A DNA stretch of 46,548 nt, from assembly GCA_035530535.1 (NCBI GenBank), contig DATKUS010000184.1, positions 1 through 46,548 on the forward strand, read 5' to 3'. This document shows positions 44,966 through 46,548 of the stretch, one piece after another; position 1 is the first letter of the stretch, and the number at the start of each line of letters is the position of its first letter. The position numbers were made by a program, and so were the translations under genes. The stretch comes from Bacteroidales bacterium (GTDB taxonomy: Bacteria > Bacteroidota > Bacteroidia > Bacteroidales > VadinHA17). The notes beneath the pieces are model-generated. The model was not told the DNA's origin. It ran no database searches and saw only the letters and a program-made list of their open reading frames with translations.

Positions 44966-45520
44966 CTAGAATTTTAAGGTAGGCGTCTCCTCAGCCTTCG
45001 TCCTGTCAGCACCCAGATCGTACATCGTTTCGCGTTTGAAACCGAACATACCTGCAAGCAGGTTTGATGGGAACGTCTCAACGGCGTTGTTCAGCTCCTT
45101 GGTTGCGGAGTTGAAGAACCTGCGTACGGCAGCGAGTTTATTTTCAATGTCTGATATCTCCTCCTGCAGTTGTATAAAGTTCTGGCTGGCTTTAAGATCC
45201 GGGTAAGCTTCCACAGCTACCCTCAGACCCTGCAGGGCTGAAGTCATATTTGCATCAGCGGCAATCTTCTCATTGATACCGCTGGCCTGCAGCGCACTGG
45301 CACGCGCATTGGTAATGTCAGTAAGCACAGTGCTCTCATGCTTCATATATGCTTTCACCGCCTCAACTAACTGAGGAATAAGATCAAGTCTCTGCTTAAG
45401 CTGCACATCAATGTCAGCAAAAGCATTTTCGCGATTGTTCCTTAGTTTTACTAACCTGTTGTAGAGTCCTATTGCAAAAAGGACCAGGACAATGAGAATA
45501 ATAAGAAATCCTATAAACAT
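44966..45520 (-). CDS. LemA family protein
   Basis: Has a single N-terminal TM helix and LemA blocks (YNRLVKLRNNRENAFADIDVQLKQRLDLIPQLVE, AVRRFFNSATKELNNAVETFPSNLLAGMFGF). It ends 5 nt upstream of the M48 gene's start. Confidence 0.9.
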   Translation of the reverse strand: MFIGFLIILIVLVLFAIGLYNRLVKLRNNRENAFADIDVQLKQRLDLIPQLVEAVKAYMKHESTVLTDITNARASALQASGINEKIAADANMTSALQGLRVAVEAYPDLKASQNFIQLQEEISDIENKLAAVRRFFNSATKELNNAVETFPSNLLAGMFGFKRETMYDLGADRTKAEETPTLKF

Positions 45521-45603
45521 ATCTGTCAGTATTAGTGTTTGTTCTGCTAAAATACAATAATAGCCTTATAATTTGTCACTACTTAATTATCTGTCAGGAA
45601 GTT

Positions 45604-45723
45604 TTAACTGCATTGACCCAGAATAAGCCAGATGACAATGAATACTACAATAGTTCCTACACAGCCACCGCCTAATTTCCAGGCCCCGAGGCCTGATATA
45701 AGTCCTCTTAATAAATTATTCAT
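45604..45723 (-). CDS. Candidate small membrane protein (39 aa), not in the ORF track
   Basis: Runs from an ATG at 45723 to a TAA at 45604-06 and encodes MNNLLRGLISGLGAWKLGGGCVGTIVVFIVIWLILGQCS. It has a Gly-rich amphipathic start and one clean TM helix. It lies 83 nt upstream of lemA, on the same strand. Confidence 0.4.
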   Translation of the reverse strand: MNNLLRGLISGLGAWKLGGGCVGTIVVFIVIWLILGQCS

Positions 45724-45884
45724 TTATGCTATTATTACTATCCAAATATACATCACATGTTTCTTTTTTATTACGGTATGCCAGTCAAGTTTCACTCATC
45801 GTTGCATAAATCGTCCAGGATAATTACTTTCACATCATAATTTAAGAACAATTGGTTGCTGCACAATCCCTTCCGGTAACATCC

Positions 45885-46548
45885 ATGAATACTAAACTCT
45901 TTTCCGACAAACCTTTCAAGAGACTTTACTACGGTGCCAGTTCGCTGCTGCTGTTCGTGCAGGAGATGCTTTCTCCGCCGAAAAACAGGGATCATAAACA
46001 AATACCTGTTATTATCAATAACTTCAACAGGCTCGACTCAATGAAACAGCTTATTTCAGCGATGGAGGAGAGAGGCTATAAGAATATCTTCATCATTGAT
46101 AACCTGTCAACGTATCCGCCACTCCTGGAATATTTTGTCTACACTGATTCAGATATTATTCCGTTAAAGGAGTATCCTGACGATTTTATGCTGGTTTTCA
46201 TGAATGCCCTCAAGAAGTACCGGATGGCCCGGAAAGTTGGTTTTTCACTTAAGATAGATGACCTGCCGGATTGCTATGCAATGAAAGACCAGGTAATTGA
46301 ATGGGAAAAGAAGTTTTTTGAAAGGAAAAGGGATGCATTGCTTTTCCGGGCATCCATTGACACCACCTTTGCCCTTTACAGGCCTCGCGCCAGACGCCGA
46401 CCTGCAAATTTCCACGCCGTGATGTTCCGCACTGCTTATCCTTTCATGGCAAGGCATATCCCGTGGTATGTCGATAGCCTCAATCCTGATGAGGAGAACA
46501 GGTATTATATGGAACACTCGCGTGTGCCTACCAGCTGGACCAGCAGGG
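45885..46548 (+). CDS. Glycosyltransferase-like protein, 3'-partial (runs off the window)
   Basis: My own translation, open from the ATG at 45885 to the window end: MNTKLFSD...KQIPVIINNFNRLDSMKQLISAMEERGYKNIFIIDNLSTYPPLLEYFVYTDSDIIPLKEYPDDF...KVGFSLKIDDLPD...ASIDTTFALYRP...ARHIPWYVD. It has a GT-A-like first strand, a DN-S motif and a DSD (DxD-like) motif. Confidence 0.45.
   Translation, partial: MNTKLFSDKPFKRLYYGASSLLLFVQEMLSPPKNRDHKQIPVIINNFNRLDSMKQLISAMEERGYKNIFIIDNLSTYPPLLEYFVYTDSDIIPLKEYPDDFMLVFMNALKKYRMARKVGFSLKIDDLPDCYAMKDQVIEWEKKFFERKRDALLFRASIDTTFALYRPRARRRPANFHAVMFRTAYPFMARHIPWYVDSLNPDEENRYYMEHSRVPTSWTSR

Noticed and set aside
45632-46001. Track ORFs 45632-45823 (+) and 45792-46001 (-).
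   Set aside because: The first is antisense to the better 39-aa membrane-peptide ORF and is Pro/Thr/Ile-rich nonsense. The second overlaps the 5' end of the glycosyltransferase-like ORF on the opposite strand.
1-46548. CRISPR arrays, rRNA genes, IS elements, transposases, integrases and phage structural genes.
   Set aside because: I saw no regularly spaced repeats, rRNA-like sequence, DDE or tyrosine-recombinase motifs, or phage-like gene sets on either strand.

Overview
This is a 46.5-kb chromosomal segment, probably from a Bacteroidota-type genome. That assignment is an inference from the protein families present, gene starts without obvious Shine-Dalgarno sequences, and TAnnTTTG-type -7 boxes. 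The content is dominated by envelope and transport functions.

Left to right:
- A degraded SDR gene (213-844).
- A Cus/Czc-type heavy-metal efflux operon with accessory Cys-rich proteins (983-8874, +).
- trkH, followed by a porin-like outer-membrane (OM) protein, a MacB/LolCDE-like ABC transporter and a LolA-like protein (9092-15680, +).
- YqaA/DedA-like, CYTH and PepSY-like genes.
- A two-component system plus a TolC/adaptor/RND efflux operon (17532-24698, -).
- A chimeric remnant of a type III-like DNA methyltransferase.
- mnmE.
- A membrane-anchored AraC regulator with a porin-like OM protein, an MMPL/RND exporter and a LolA-like protein (27397-33036, -).
- sucD, fabG, tRNA-Thr(CGU) and tRNA-Gly(CCC).
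- An AT-rich ~2.5-kb islet bounded by ~110-bp direct repeats that end in the 3' core of tRNA-Gly.
- A small MscS-like channel gene just downstream of a 1,699-aa ORF (38660-43759, -).
- An M48 peptidase, LemA, and a partial glycosyltransferase-like ORF at the window edge.

I saw no rRNA, CRISPR array, transposase or integrase.

The strongest candidate for something undescribed is the 1,699-aa ORF. It fuses an SLC12/CCC-type ion cotransporter to a long helical region, an Orc1/Cdc6- or STAND-like P-loop NTPase and a winged helix. Next in interest are two paralogous three-component envelope modules (OM barrel + inner-membrane transporter + LolA-like protein), one driven by an ABC transporter and one by an MMPL/RND exporter, and the integrase-less tRNA-Gly islet.

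All family assignments come from motif reading by eye and need HMM or BLAST confirmation.
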